Source: an uncultured Alphaproteobacteria bacterium (GTDB taxonomy: Bacteria; Pseudomonadota; Alphaproteobacteria; Rhodobacterales; Rhodobacteraceae). From it: DNA of 64,000 nt. The stretch lies in NCBI GenBank assembly GCA_963702145.1, contig OY969718.1:938247-1002246 (forward strand), written 5' to 3'. The position numbers and the translations under genes are program-made. Under the pieces are notes generated by a model that was not told the DNA's origin, did no database searches, and saw only the letters and a list, made by a program, of their open reading frames with translations. This document shows, piece by piece, positions 42,836 to 52,755 of the stretch. How positions within the stretch are numbered: position 1 is the first letter of the stretch; each line of letters opens with the position of its first letter.

Positions 42836-44116
42836 CTAGGGGCGGTCCTTCTCGGGATGGGCGTCGATCAGATCCTCGCCCTGCAGCAGGACGTTCGCGG
42901 CGTAGCCATGCACGACGATCGAGACGAGGATCGTCACGCCCACGATCCGCCACAGCGTCTCGATGTCGGTGAACTCCGCATGGGTCTGCGCGTAGGCGAT
43001 GTAGAAGATCGACCCCATCCCGCGAATGCCGAAGAAGGCGACGTTGCGCCGCTCCCTCGGGCTGCAATGATGGCCGATCAGCGCGACGTAGCCTGCGAGC
43101 GGGCGCAGGACGAAGACGAGGGCGAGCGCGAAGCCCACGTCGCGCCACGTCACGTCGAAGAGCGTGCCGGCGCCGATGAAGGTGCCGAGCCAGAGCAGAA
43201 GGATGGCGAGGAGGATCGCCTCGAGCTGCTCGGCGCCATGGTGGACGTACTTCTCGTAGCCGTCGTGGTCGGGATGACGCGGGGCCGAGCGTCCGGCCCG
43301 CGCCGCGAAGAACACCGCGAGGAAGCCGTAGCCGTCCACCGCCTCGGCCATGCCGTAGCTCAGGAGCGTCGAGGCGAGGATGACGACCACCGCGTTCCAG
43401 GCCCCCTTCGCGCCGTCGCCGATCGGCGAGAAGGTCACGGTGCTGAGCAGCCAGCCGACGGCGTAGCCCACGACGATCCCCGCCGTCACGCGATACAGCA
43501 CGTCGAAGCCGAGCCAGCTCCACAGCCACGCCTCGCCCTCGACCATCGAAGCCGCGCCCAGCGTCGCCGCGTGGATCGCGAAGTAGACGAAGGGAAAGGC
43601 CAGCCCGTCGTTGAGCCCCGCCTCCGCCGTCAGCGCGACCTCCATCGACGTCTCGTCCTGGCCGGGCGGCGAGACCTGGACCGAGCGGGCGAGAACCGGA
43701 TCGGTCGGCGCGAGGACGGCGGCGAGGAGCAGCGCGCCGGGCAGGGTGAGGCCGAGCCAGGACACGCCGAGCGTCGCGACCCCGAGCAGCGTAAGCGGCA
43801 TGCAGATCGCGAGCAGGCGCCAGGTCGGGTTCCAGCTGCGCCAGCCGGCCCGGGTGTCGATCGCGAGGCCGGCCACGGCCAGCGAGATGATGACGATGAG
43901 CTCCGACGCCCGCTCGATCACCCCGGCCTGCCAGCCGCCGGCGAGCGGATTGACGATCGGCATGCCGAGCCCGGCGAGGAATGCGCCGGCCAGCACGTAG
44001 AAGAACGGCAGGTTGAAGATGCGGAAGCGCTGCAGCGCCGGTTGCAGCGACAGGCCGAACAGGGCGAGCCCGGTGATGATGTAGATGACGTCGCGGCCGT
44101 CGATGGTCTCAAGCAT
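42836..44116 (-). CDS. CPA1/NhaP family cation:proton antiporter
   Basis: LAPTDPVLA, EAGLNDGLAFPF, GFLAVF, FFGIRGMGS, multiple TM helices. Confidence 0.92.
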   Translation of the reverse strand: MLETIDGRDVIYIITGLALFGLSLQPALQRFRIFNLPFFYVLAGAFLAGLGMPIVNPLAGGWQAGVIERASELIVIISLAVAGLAIDTRAGWRSWNPTWRLLAICMPLTLLGVATLGVSWLGLTLPGALLLAAVLAPTDPVLARSVQVSPPGQDETSMEVALTAEAGLNDGLAFPFVYFAIHAATLGAASMVEGEAWLWSWLGFDVLYRVTAGIVVGYAVGWLLSTVTFSPIGDGAKGAWNAVVVILASTLLSYGMAEAVDGYGFLAVFFAARAGRSAPRHPDHDGYEKYVHHGAEQLEAILLAILLLWLGTFIGAGTLFDVTWRDVGFALALVFVLRPLAGYVALIGHHCSPRERRNVAFFGIRGMGSIFYIAYAQTHAEFTDIETLWRIVGVTILVSIVVHGYAANVLLQGEDLIDAHPEKDRP

Positions 44117-44163
44117 CCGTCGAAGCTAGTGCGCGGGCACCCGACGTCGCGCGAAATCGTCCG

Positions 44164-47100
44164 TCAGCTTTCGCCGCCCCCGCGCCGGGCCGCGCCGGCC
44201 TGCACGGCGAGGTCGCGGGCCATCGCGAAGGCGCCCTTGATCCGGTCGGCCTCGGTCGGGAAGTCGCGCTTGAGGACGAGCTTGTCGCCCTTGATCGTGG
44301 CCGCGCCGCGCTCGGACTTGATGAAGTCCACCAGCCCCTCGGGCCGGGCGAAGCGGTTGCCGTGGAACTCCACCGTCGCGCCCTTCTCGCCCACGTTCAG
44401 CTTCTCGATGCCGGCGGCCTTGCACATCGCCTTGATGCGTACGATCCGCATCAGGACGTTGACCTCCCGCGGGAGCGGGCCGAACCGGTCGATGAGCTCG
44501 GCGGCGAAGCCTTCGAGCTCCACCTTCTTCTCGAGCCCCGACAGGCGGCGGTAGAGACCGAGCCTGAGGTCGAGATCGGCGACGTAATCCTCGGGGATCA
44601 GCACCGGCACGCCGAGATTGATCTGCGGCGACCAGTCGTCCGAGAGCGCGTCGGGCAGGTCCATCGTCCCGGCCTTGAGCTTGCCGATCGTCTCCTCCAG
44701 CATCGACTGGTAGAGTTCCGGACCGACCTCGCGCATCTGGCCGGATTGCTCCTCGCCGATGATGTTGCCGCCGCCGCGCAGGTCGAGGTCCTGGCTGGCG
44801 ATGTTGAACCCCGCGCCGAGCGCGTCGATCGCGCCGAGCGCCTTCAGCCGCCGCTCCGCGCTGATGGTGAGCTTGGCGCGGGGCTTCGTCGTCAGGAAGG
44901 CGTAGGCGCGGGTCTTGGAGCGGCCGACGCGACCGCGGATCTGGTAGAGCTGGCTCAGCCCGAACATGTCGGCGCGCCAGATGACCATCGTGTTGGCGGT
45001 GGGAATGTCGATGCCGGACTCGATGATCGTCGTGGACAGCAGCACGTCGTACTTGCCGTCGTAGAAGGCGTTCATCCGGGCGTCGAGATCGCCCGCGGCG
45101 AGCTGACCGTGGGCGATGACGTAGCTCAGCTCCGGCAGCTGCTCGCGCAGGAACGCCTCCATGTCGGGCAGGTCGGTGATGCGGGGCACGACGACGAAGG
45201 ACTGGCCGCCGCGGTAATGCTCCCGCAGCAGCGCCTCGCGGACCTGCACGTCGTCGAACTCGGAGACGTAGGTGCGGATGGCGAGGCGGTCGACGGGCGG
45301 GGTGCCGATGATCGACAGGTCGCGCACGCCGGTGAGCGACATCTGCAACGTCCGCGGGATCGGCGTGGCCGAAAGGGTGAGGACGTGGACGTCGGAGCGC
45401 ATCTCCTTCAGGCGTTCCTTGTGGGTGACGCCGAAATGCTGCTCCTCGTCGATGACGAGCAGGCCGAGTTCGGCGAAGCGCACCCCCTTGGCGAGAAGCG
45501 CGTGGGTGCCGATGGCGATGTCCACGGTGCCGTCGGCGATGCCGGCGCGGGTCTCGGCGGCCTGCTTGGCGGGCACGAAGCGGGAGAGCTGCCGCACCCG
45601 GATCGGCAGACCCCGGAAGCGGTCGGCGAAGGACTTGGCGTGCTGGCGGGCGAGCAGGGTGGTGGGCGCGATGACGGCCACCTGCTTGCCGGAGGTCGCG
45701 GCGATGAAGACGGCGCGCATCGCCACCTCGGTCTTGCCGAAGCCCACGTCGCCGACGATCAGCCGGTCCATCGGATTGCCGGAGGCGAGGTCGGTCGCGA
45801 CGTCCTCGATCGCCTGCAGCTGGTCGTCCGTCTCCTCGTAGGGGAAGCGGGCGGCGAAGGCCTCCCACATGTCGCGGGGCGGCTCGAGGATGGGCGCGCG
45901 GCGCAGCGCGCGCTCGGCCGCGATCCGCATGAGCCGTTCGGCGACCTGACGGATGCGCTCCTTCAGGCGGGCCTTGCGGGCCTGCCAGGCGCCGCCGCCG
46001 AGCTTGTCGAGGAGGCCTTCCTCCTGGCCGTAACGGCTGAGGAGTTCGACGTTCTCGACCGGCAGGAACAGCCGGTCGCCGCCCGCGTATTCGAGCGCCA
46101 GGCATTCGTGCGGCGCGCCGGCGGCGGTCACCGTCTCGAACCCGGTGAAGCGGCCGACGCCGTGATCCACGTGGACGACGAGGTCGCCCACCGACAGCGC
46201 CTGCGCCTCGGTCAGGAAGTTCTCCGCGCGGCGCTTCTTCTTCCGGCCGCGGATCAGGCGCTCGCCCAGCACGTCCTGTTCGGAGATGACGGTGAGGCGG
46301 GTCTTGCCGACCGGTCCCTCCCAGCCGCGGTCGAGCGCCCAGACGGCCAGCCCGACCTCGCCCTTCGCGATTTCGGTCAGGCGGCGAACGGCTTTCAGCC
46401 CGGCGACGCCCTGATCCTCGAGCAGGCCCTGCAGGCGCTCGCGCGCGCCGCCGGAATAGCTGGCGATCACCACGCCGCCGTCGCCGCGCTTCTCGGCGAT
46501 ATGCGCGGCCAGCGTCTCGAACAGGTTGACGTCCTCCAGCTGCCGCTCGGGCGCGAAGCTGCGGCCGATCCGCCCGCCGGCATCGGTGACGCCCGGGCCC
46601 GGCGCGGTGGGCAGCGGCGAGAGGTGCAGCACGCGGCGACCCGCGAGCGCGGTGTCGAGCGCCTCCGGATCGAGATAGAGCGTTTCCGGGCGGGCGGGCT
46701 TGTAGACGCTGTCCACGCGGCCCTTGGCCAGCATCGCCTCGCGCCGGTTGTCGAACATGTCGGTGATCTGCGTCCAGCGCTCGGCATGGTGCGCGGGGGA
46801 GGCCTCGTCGAAGACGAAGGAGGCGCGGGGCAGGTAGTCGGACAGCGTCTCCAGCGTCTCGTGGAAGAAGGGCAGCCAGTGCTCCATTCCCTGCGCCTTC
46901 CGACCGGCCGAGACCGCCTCGTAGAGCGGATCGTCGGTGCCGGCCGCGCCGAACTCGATGCGGTACGTTTGCCGGAAGCGGGTGATGGCCGGGCCGTCGA
47001 GGATGACCTCGGAGACGGGGGCGAGCTCGATCAGCTGCAGCTGGTCCGTGGTCCGCTGGGTCGCCGGGTCGAAGCGTCGCAGCCCGTCGAGCGTGTCGCC

Positions 47101-47649
47101 GAAGAGGTCGAGCCGGATCGGCTGCGGCTGGCCCGGCGGCCAGATGTCGATGATGCCGCCGCGCGGCGACCAGTCGCCGGGCTCCGTCACGGTGGGCGTC
47201 TGGGTGAAGCCCATGCGGACGAGGAAGTCGCGGAGCGCGTCCTCGTCGATGCGCTGGTTCAGGCGGGCGGCGAAGCCCGCGCCCCGGAGCGTCGCACGGG
47301 AGGGAATGCGCTGGGTGACGGAGGCGAGCGTGGTCAGGATCACGAAAGCGCCGTCGAGCCCGTGCGCCAGCGCGGTCAGCGTCGCCATCCGGGTCGCGGC
47401 GATCTCGGGGGCGGGCGAGAGCCGGTCGTAGGGCAGGCAGTCCCAGGCGGGCAGGCGCAGGACGGTGACGCCGGCCTGATGCGTGCGGAGCGCGGCGGCC
47501 ATCGCCTCGGCCCGCTTGTCGTCGCGCGCGACATGGACGACCGGCTGGCCCTTCTCGAGTTCCTTCAGGACGACATGCGCGTCGTAGCCCTCGGGGGCAC
47601 CACCGACACGGAGGTGACCCTTCGGCAGGGGGGAGGTGGCGTCCAGCAT
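44164..47649 (-). CDS. mfd: Transcription-repair coupling factor
   Basis: WDCLPYDR, VVHVDHGVGRF, GDVGFGKTEVA, IDEEQHFGV, SATPIPRTL, QLYQIRGRVGRS. Confidence 0.98.
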   Translation of the reverse strand: MLDATSPLPKGHLRVGGAPEGYDAHVVLKELEKGQPVVHVARDDKRAEAMAAALRTHQAGVTVLRLPAWDCLPYDRLSPAPEIAATRMATLTALAHGLDGAFVILTTLASVTQRIPSRATLRGAGFAARLNQRIDEDALRDFLVRMGFTQTPTVTEPGDWSPRGGIIDIWPPGQPQPIRLDLFGDTLDGLRRFDPATQRTTDQLQLIELAPVSEVILDGPAITRFRQTYRIEFGAAGTDDPLYEAVSAGRKAQGMEHWLPFFHETLETLSDYLPRASFVFDEASPAHHAERWTQITDMFDNRREAMLAKGRVDSVYKPARPETLYLDPEALDTALAGRRVLHLSPLPTAPGPGVTDAGGRIGRSFAPERQLEDVNLFETLAAHIAEKRGDGGVVIASYSGGARERLQGLLEDQGVAGLKAVRRLTEIAKGEVGLAVWALDRGWEGPVGKTRLTVISEQDVLGERLIRGRKKKRRAENFLTEAQALSVGDLVVHVDHGVGRFTGFETVTAAGAPHECLALEYAGGDRLFLPVENVELLSRYGQEEGLLDKLGGGAWQARKARLKERIRQVAERLMRIAAERALRRAPILEPPRDMWEAFAARFPYEETDDQLQAIEDVATDLASGNPMDRLIVGDVGFGKTEVAMRAVFIAATSGKQVAVIAPTTLLARQHAKSFADRFRGLPIRVRQLSRFVPAKQAAETRAGIADGTVDIAIGTHALLAKGVRFAELGLLVIDEEQHFGVTHKERLKEMRSDVHVLTLSATPIPRTLQMSLTGVRDLSIIGTPPVDRLAIRTYVSEFDDVQVREALLREHYRGGQSFVVVPRITDLPDMEAFLREQLPELSYVIAHGQLAAGDLDARMNAFYDGKYDVLLSTTIIESGIDIPTANTMVIWRADMFGLSQLYQIRGRVGRSKTRAYAFLTTKPRAKLTISAERRLKALGAIDALGAGFNIASQDLDLRGGGNIIGEEQSGQMREVGPELYQSMLEETIGKLKAGTMDLPDALSDDWSPQINLGVPVLIPEDYVADLDLRLGLYRRLSGLEKKVELEGFAAELIDRFGPLPREVNVLMRIVRIKAMCKAAGIEKLNVGEKGATVEFHGNRFARPEGLVDFIKSERGAATIKGDKLVLKRDFPTEADRIKGAFAMARDLAVQAGAARRGGGES

Positions 47650-47701
47650 GGGGAGTGCAGGTAACGACCGGCGCCGCGGTGTCAATGCCGCCGGCGGTCC
47701 G

Positions 47702-48229
47702 TCAGGGGTGCAGGACGCTCATGTTCAGGTTCACCCACATTCCCCACATCGAGGTCACGAAGATCGACATGATCCCGACGAACTGGATCGTCCGGCGCGT
47801 GCGGTACAGGAGGTTGCCCAGATCGGCCACGTCGAGCCCCGGCACGCGCCGTGCCGCGCGCAGCATGATCGCGCCCACCAGCGTCATCGGGATCAGGAGG
47901 AGCAGCACGGCCTGGGCGAACTCGAAACCGTAGAGGAATCCGGCCAGCGCGAACGAGGTGATCGCGAAGCAGAGCAGCGCGACGATGACGAGCCCGGCAC
48001 GGTCGGCGATCTCGGTCAGGCGGCGGGCATGGATCCGGGCGAGCGCCTCCATGTCGGCGAGTGCCTGCCCGTCGCCCGAGGCGGCGCGACGGACGAGATC
48101 GAAGGGCACGCCGACGATCCAGTGCGACGCGGTCGACCACAGCGCCGCCAGCGCGATCCAGAACCACAGGTTCGAGAAGGACCGCAGGTCGATGGCCTCG
48201 AAGGCCAGTTCCAGAAAACGGAAATCCAA
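47702..48229 (-). CDS. Conserved membrane protein of unknown function
   Basis: IDLRSFSNLWFW...SHWIVGVPFD...YGFEFAQA, four hydrophobic segments. TTG start. Confidence 0.75.
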   Translation of the reverse strand: MDFRFLELAFEAIDLRSFSNLWFWIALAALWSTASHWIVGVPFDLVRRAASGDGQALADMEALARIHARRLTEIADRAGLVIVALLCFAITSFALAGFLYGFEFAQAVLLLLIPMTLVGAIMLRAARRVPGLDVADLGNLLYRTRRTIQFVGIMSIFVTSMWGMWVNLNMSVLHP

Positions 48230-48334
48230 TTTTCCCCGTCCCTATCTATCGGCCCGTGCATGTCGCCCGGGCGGAGGCGGGTTGGCAAGCGCGGGCGGCT
48301 TGCGGGGGGCGGGCATCTGTCGCAAAGCTGCATC

Positions 48335-49333
48335 ATGTCCGCCGCCTATCCCGCTTCCCGCCCGCGCCGCCTGCGCCGAACGCCCGCGCTGCGCGCCCTG
48401 ACCCGCGAGCACCGCCTCTCGACCGACGACCTGATCTGGCCGGTCTTCGTCTGCGAGGGCGACGGCGTGACGCAGGAGGTGCCGTCGATGCCCGGCGTGA
48501 TCCGCCGCTCGGTCGACCTGACGGCGGAGGCGGCGTCCGAGGCGCACGGCATGGGCATCCGGGCGATCTGCCTGTTCCCCTATACCGACCCGTCCCTCAA
48601 GAGCGACGATTGCGCCGAGGCGTGGAACCCCGACAACCTGTCGAACCGGGCGACGCGGGCGATCAAGCGGGCGGTGCCGGAGATCGCGGTGATGACCGAC
48701 ATCGCGCTCGACCCCTACAACGCGCAAGGTCACGACGGGATCGTGCGCGACGGGGTGATCGTCAACGACGAGAGCGTCGTGGCGCTGGTGAAGATGGCGA
48801 TGGCGCAGGCCGAGGCGGGGGCCGACATCCTCGGGCCGTCGGACATGATGGACGGGCGGATCGGCGCGATCCGCAGCGCGCTGGAGGCGGCGGGGCGGAG
48901 CGACGTGACGATCATGTCCTACGCCGCCAAGTACGCCTCGGCCTTCTACGGCCCGTTCCGGGACGCGGTGGGCGCGTCGGGTGCGCTCCGCGGCGACAAG
49001 AAGACCTACCAGCTCGACTTCGCCAATTCCGACGAGGGGCTGCGTTGCGTGGCGCGCGACCTCGACGAGGGGGCGGACATGGTGATGGTCAAGCCCGGCC
49101 TGCCGTATCTCGACCTCTGCCGGCGGGTGAAGGACACTTTCGCCGTGCCCACCTACGCCTATCAGGTCTCGGGCGAATACGCGATGATCCGCGCGGCGGC
49201 GGGCAACGGCTGGATCGACGGCGAGCGGGCGATGATGGAGAGCCTGATGGCCTTCCGCCGGGCAGGCTGCGACGGCGTGCTGACGTATTTCGCGCCCGAG
49301 GCGGCGACGCTCATCCGGGCGGGGTGGGAGTAG
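48335..49333 (+). CDS. hemB: Porphobilinogen synthase
   Basis: RPRRLRR, DIALDPY, PSDMMDGRI, SAFYGPFRDA, MVKPG, YQVSGEYAM. Confidence 0.98.
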   Translation: MSAAYPASRPRRLRRTPALRALTREHRLSTDDLIWPVFVCEGDGVTQEVPSMPGVIRRSVDLTAEAASEAHGMGIRAICLFPYTDPSLKSDDCAEAWNPDNLSNRATRAIKRAVPEIAVMTDIALDPYNAQGHDGIVRDGVIVNDESVVALVKMAMAQAEAGADILGPSDMMDGRIGAIRSALEAAGRSDVTIMSYAAKYASAFYGPFRDAVGASGALRGDKKTYQLDFANSDEGLRCVARDLDEGADMVMVKPGLPYLDLCRRVKDTFAVPTYAYQVSGEYAMIRAAAGNGWIDGERAMMESLMAFRRAGCDGVLTYFAPEAATLIRAGWE

Positions 49334-49391
49334 CGGCCTCCCCCGGGGGGTCGCCGTTGCGCCGTCCGTCGCGGCGCGGCAGGGAGAGGAC

Positions 49392-49760
49392 GTGAAACCG
49401 CGATCCGATACCGCCCGCCTCGCCGCGCTGACGCTCGTGCTCTGCGTGGTGGCGGGCCTGCTGCTGCCGCGCATGGGGGCCGCGCTGGCGGAGGTCGCCG
49501 GGTTCAAGGCGGCCGTGATCTGCCGCGGCGACAGCCTGGCGGTCCTGCATCTGGGATCGGACGGGACGCCGGTCGAGGTCGACCTTCCCGACCACGGACC
49601 CTGCGCGGTACCCGATCTCTTGCGCGAAGTCGTGCCCGCCACGCCGGTCTGGCACCGTCTGGTTCCCGTCGCGCGCCCCGCCGTCGCCACACGCGTCCTG
49701 CCGCCGCTCGCGCGTTGGCACGGTCCGCCGCCGAAGCGGGGCCCGCCCCGGCCCGCCTGA
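49392..49760 (+). CDS. DUF2946-like secreted leader with C-terminal RGPP motif (putative ribosome-arrest peptide)
   Basis: GTG start after GGAGAGG. N-terminal hydrophobic signal, VICRGD...DHGPC, Pro-rich tail ending PPPKRGPPRPA*. Confidence 0.72.
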   Translation: MKPRSDTARLAALTLVLCVVAGLLLPRMGAALAEVAGFKAAVICRGDSLAVLHLGSDGTPVEVDLPDHGPCAVPDLLREVVPATPVWHRLVPVARPAVATRVLPPLARWHGPPPKRGPPRPA

Positions 49761-49805
49761 TCCCCGCCCCGGCGATGCCGGGACCGCCTTCACGACAGAT
49801 CAGGA
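49756..49805 (+). promoter_or_regulatory. Stem-loop able to sequester the PCu(A)C Shine-Dalgarno
   Basis: CCTGATC (49756-49762, contains the leader stop) is the reverse complement of GATCAGG (49798-49804, overlaps the AGGA SD). Inner hairpin CCCGGC-GAT-GCCGGG (49768-49782). Confidence 0.65.
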
Positions 49806-49812
49806 CAAGACC

Positions 49813-50277
49813 ATGAAACGCATCCTATTCCTCGCCGCCCTTCTGGGCGCCCCCGCGCATGCGCATGACTACGCGACCGGCGCGCTCGCCATTGCGCATC
49901 CCTATGCCATCGAGACCGTGGCCAACGCGCCCGTCGGCGGCGGCTACATGACGATCTCCAACACCGGTCCGACCGACGACCGGCTCATCGCGGTCGAGGT
50001 CGCGCCCGACCTGGCCGGGCTCGTGCAACTGCACGAGATGTCGATGGATAACGGGGTGATGCGAATGGGTACTCTGGAGGGGGGCGTCCCGCTTCCGGCA
50101 GGCGAGACGGTCACGCTGGAGCCCGGCGGGCGGCACGTCATGTTCATGCAGCTCGGCACGGGGCTCGCGGCGGGAACCGAGATCCCCGCCACCCTGATCT
50201 TCGAGAAGGCCGGCCCGGTGGACGTCGTCTTCAAGGTCGAGCCACGCGGCGGCGAGGACGGCCATTCCGGGCATTAG
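49813..50277 (+). CDS. Periplasmic copper chaperone PCu(A)C
   Basis: Signal peptide, [40 protein letters not shown], His-rich tail GHSGH. Confidence 0.93.
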   Translation: MKRILFLAALLGAPAHAHDYATGALAIAHPYAIETVANAPVGGGYMTISNTGPTDDRLIAVEVAPDLAGLVQLHEMSMDNGVMRMGTLEGGVPLPAGETVTLEPGGRHVMFMQLGTGLAAGTEIPATLIFEKAGPVDVVFKVEPRGGEDGHSGH

Positions 50278-50312
50278 GTCGTCCGGGCCAGCCTGTCGCC
50301 GGCCCGCATCCG

Positions 50313-50963
50313 TCAGGCGCCGACGCCGATCGGGCAGGTGACGCCGGTGCCGCCGATGCCGCAATAGCCCGCCGGGTTCTTGGACAGGTATTGCTGGTGG
50401 TAGTCCTCGGCGGGGTAGAAGGCCGGGGCGTCGACGATCTCGGTGGTGATCTCGCCGTAGCCGGCGCCCTTCAGGCACGGCTGGAAGGCCTCGCGGCTGG
50501 CCTCGGCGGCGGCCTTCTGCTCGGGCGTGTAGGTGTAGATGCCGGAGCGGTATTGCGTGCCCATGTCGTTGCCCTGGCGCATGCCCTGGGTCGGGTTGTG
50601 GCCTTCCCAGAACGTCCGCAGCAGGTCCTCGTAGGTGATCCGCTCGGGGTCGTAGATCACGCGGACGATCTCGTTGTGCCCGGTTCGGCCGGAGCAGACC
50701 TCCTCGTAGGTCGCGTTCGGCGTGTAGCCGCCGGCATAGCCCACGAGGGTCATGTGCACGCCGGGCAGCTTCCAGAACATGCGCTCCACGCCCCAGAAGC
50801 AGCCCATGCCGAACATCGCTTCCTCCATGCCCGCGGGCAAGTCGTTCGAGAGAGGCGTGCCGTAGACGTGATGCGTTCCGGTCAACGGGATCGGGGTGTC
50901 GCGGCCGGGCAGGGCGTCGTCCTTCGACACCATTTCGGACTTCTTGCGCAGCAGGTTGAACAT
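50313..50963 (-). CDS. msrA: Peptide-methionine (S)-S-oxide reductase MsrA
   Basis: [46 protein letters not shown]. Confidence 0.97.
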   Translation of the reverse strand: MFNLLRKKSEMVSKDDALPGRDTPIPLTGTHHVYGTPLSNDLPAGMEEAMFGMGCFWGVERMFWKLPGVHMTLVGYAGGYTPNATYEEVCSGRTGHNEIVRVIYDPERITYEDLLRTFWEGHNPTQGMRQGNDMGTQYRSGIYTYTPEQKAAAEASREAFQPCLKGAGYGEITTEIVDAPAFYPAEDYHQQYLSKNPAGYCGIGGTGVTCPIGVGA

Positions 50964-51116
50964 CGTGTCTCTCCTTGTTGCAGACGAATATAGTCGTCGG
51001 ACAGCCGCCTTACAGGGGTCAGCCGGGGACAGGGCGGCCGATCCGACGTTGAAATCGTCGTGCCCATGGGGGCGCCCGGGGCCGCCCAACTGGAGGCCGG
51101 ACATCGCGCCGTCGAC

Positions 51117-52532
51117 CTAGCTCGCGAGCACGTTGCGGAACTGCCAGGGGTCGCTTTCGTCGATATCCTCGGGAAAGTGCTGCCAGCGGTCCTGCAGGGG
51201 CGTCCAGTCGGTGTAATGCGCCTCGACGGGGCCGAGATAGGGCGTCTGGATCTCGAGGCAGCGGGCATGATCCATCTCGTCGGTCTCGACGATGCCGGCA
51301 TCCGGGTTCTCGAGCGCCCAGACCATGCCGGCGAGCACAGCGGAGGTGACCTGGAGCCCGGTCGCGTTCTGGTCGGGGGCGAGGCGCTTCGTCTCTTCGT
51401 TCGACAGGCGCGAGCCGTACCAGAGCGCGTTCTTTTCGTGACCGAAGAGCAGCACGCCGAGCTCGTCCACGCCCTCCACGATCTCGTCCTCGGTCAGGAT
51501 GTGGTGATCGGCCTGCGTCACGCCGGCGCCGAACATCTCGTGCAGCGACAGGACCGCGTCGTCGCAGGGATGGTAGGCGTAGTGGCAGGTCGGGCGGAAC
51601 TCCGGGCCCGGGCCTTCGCCCACCGTGTAGTAGTCGGCGATGGAGATCGCCTCGTTATGGGTGACGAGGTAGCCGAATTGCGGCCCCGGCGTCGGGCACC
51701 AGGTATGGACGCGGGTGATCGCGCCGGGCCGGTTCAGCCAGATCGCCGATTGGCAGCCGGAGCCATGGCGGCGGGCGTTCTCGGGGAACCAGGTCTCGTG
51801 CGTGCCCCAGCCGAGCTCGGCGGGTTGGAACCCCTCGGCGATGAAGCCCTCGACCGACCAGGTGTTGACGAACACGTCGCGGGGGCGGGGCTTGTGGCGG
51901 GCCTGTGTGTCGCGCTCGGCGATGTGGACGCCCTTCACGCCGAGCGACTGCATGAGCGACGCCCAGCCGGCACGGGTGTCGGGCGCGGTCGCGTCCGCGC
52001 CGGTATCCGCCGCCAGCCGCAGGAGCGCGGCCTTCACGAACCACGACACCATGCCGGGATTGGCGCCGCAGCAGGACACGGCGGTGGTCCCGCCCGGGTT
52101 CGCCGCCTTCTCGTCGCGGACGGCCTGGCGCAGGGCGTAGTTCGTGCGGGCGGCGTTGTCGTCGGTGTCGAAGTAGAAGCCAGCCCAGGGTTCGACCACG
52201 GTGTCGATATAGGGCACGCCCTGCTCGCGGCAGAAGCGCATGAGGTCGAGCGAGGACGTGTCGACCGAGAGGTTGACGCAGAAGCCGCGGCCGGGGGTCA
52301 GCAGCTCGCCCAGCACCTCCCGGTAATTGCCGGGCGTCAGTGCAACCTGCCGGTGGGCGATGCCGCGGTCGTCGAGATGGGCGGAGGCGCGGTCGGAGGG
52401 GTCGATCACGGTGAGCTGCGCCGGATCGTACTCGAAATGCCGCTCGATGAGCGGCAACGTGCCGCGGCCGATCGAGCCGAACCCGATCATGACGATGGCG
52501 CCGTCGATCCGGGCGTGAATGGGGTGGGTCAT
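51117..52532 (-). CDS. hss: Homospermidine synthase
   Basis: IGFGSIGRG, YIDTVVEPW, SCCGANPGMVSWF, IHIAERD-like motif, NTWSVEGF, QNATGLQV. Confidence 0.96.
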   Translation of the reverse strand: MTHPIHARIDGAIVMIGFGSIGRGTLPLIERHFEYDPAQLTVIDPSDRASAHLDDRGIAHRQVALTPGNYREVLGELLTPGRGFCVNLSVDTSSLDLMRFCREQGVPYIDTVVEPWAGFYFDTDDNAARTNYALRQAVRDEKAANPGGTTAVSCCGANPGMVSWFVKAALLRLAADTGADATAPDTRAGWASLMQSLGVKGVHIAERDTQARHKPRPRDVFVNTWSVEGFIAEGFQPAELGWGTHETWFPENARRHGSGCQSAIWLNRPGAITRVHTWCPTPGPQFGYLVTHNEAISIADYYTVGEGPGPEFRPTCHYAYHPCDDAVLSLHEMFGAGVTQADHHILTEDEIVEGVDELGVLLFGHEKNALWYGSRLSNEETKRLAPDQNATGLQVTSAVLAGMVWALENPDAGIVETDEMDHARCLEIQTPYLGPVEAHYTDWTPLQDRWQHFPEDIDESDPWQFRNVLAS

Positions 52533-52755
52533 CGGCGGGTCCTTTCCGTTCGGGCGCGTTCTAGTAGCGCGGGCGGCTCGTCTCCAGTACCCTCTGGTTC
52601 AAATCGGGGGTGGATCGTCACGTCAGGATGTCGTTCCGCCGGGCGCCGCGCGCGTCTGGGGATCGACGGGGGATGCCGGCGGTCACCCCCGGGGGCATCG
52701 GATCGACCGCATACGATCGCGGTGGCGGCGGATGTCGGCAGATCGAGGGAGCAGG

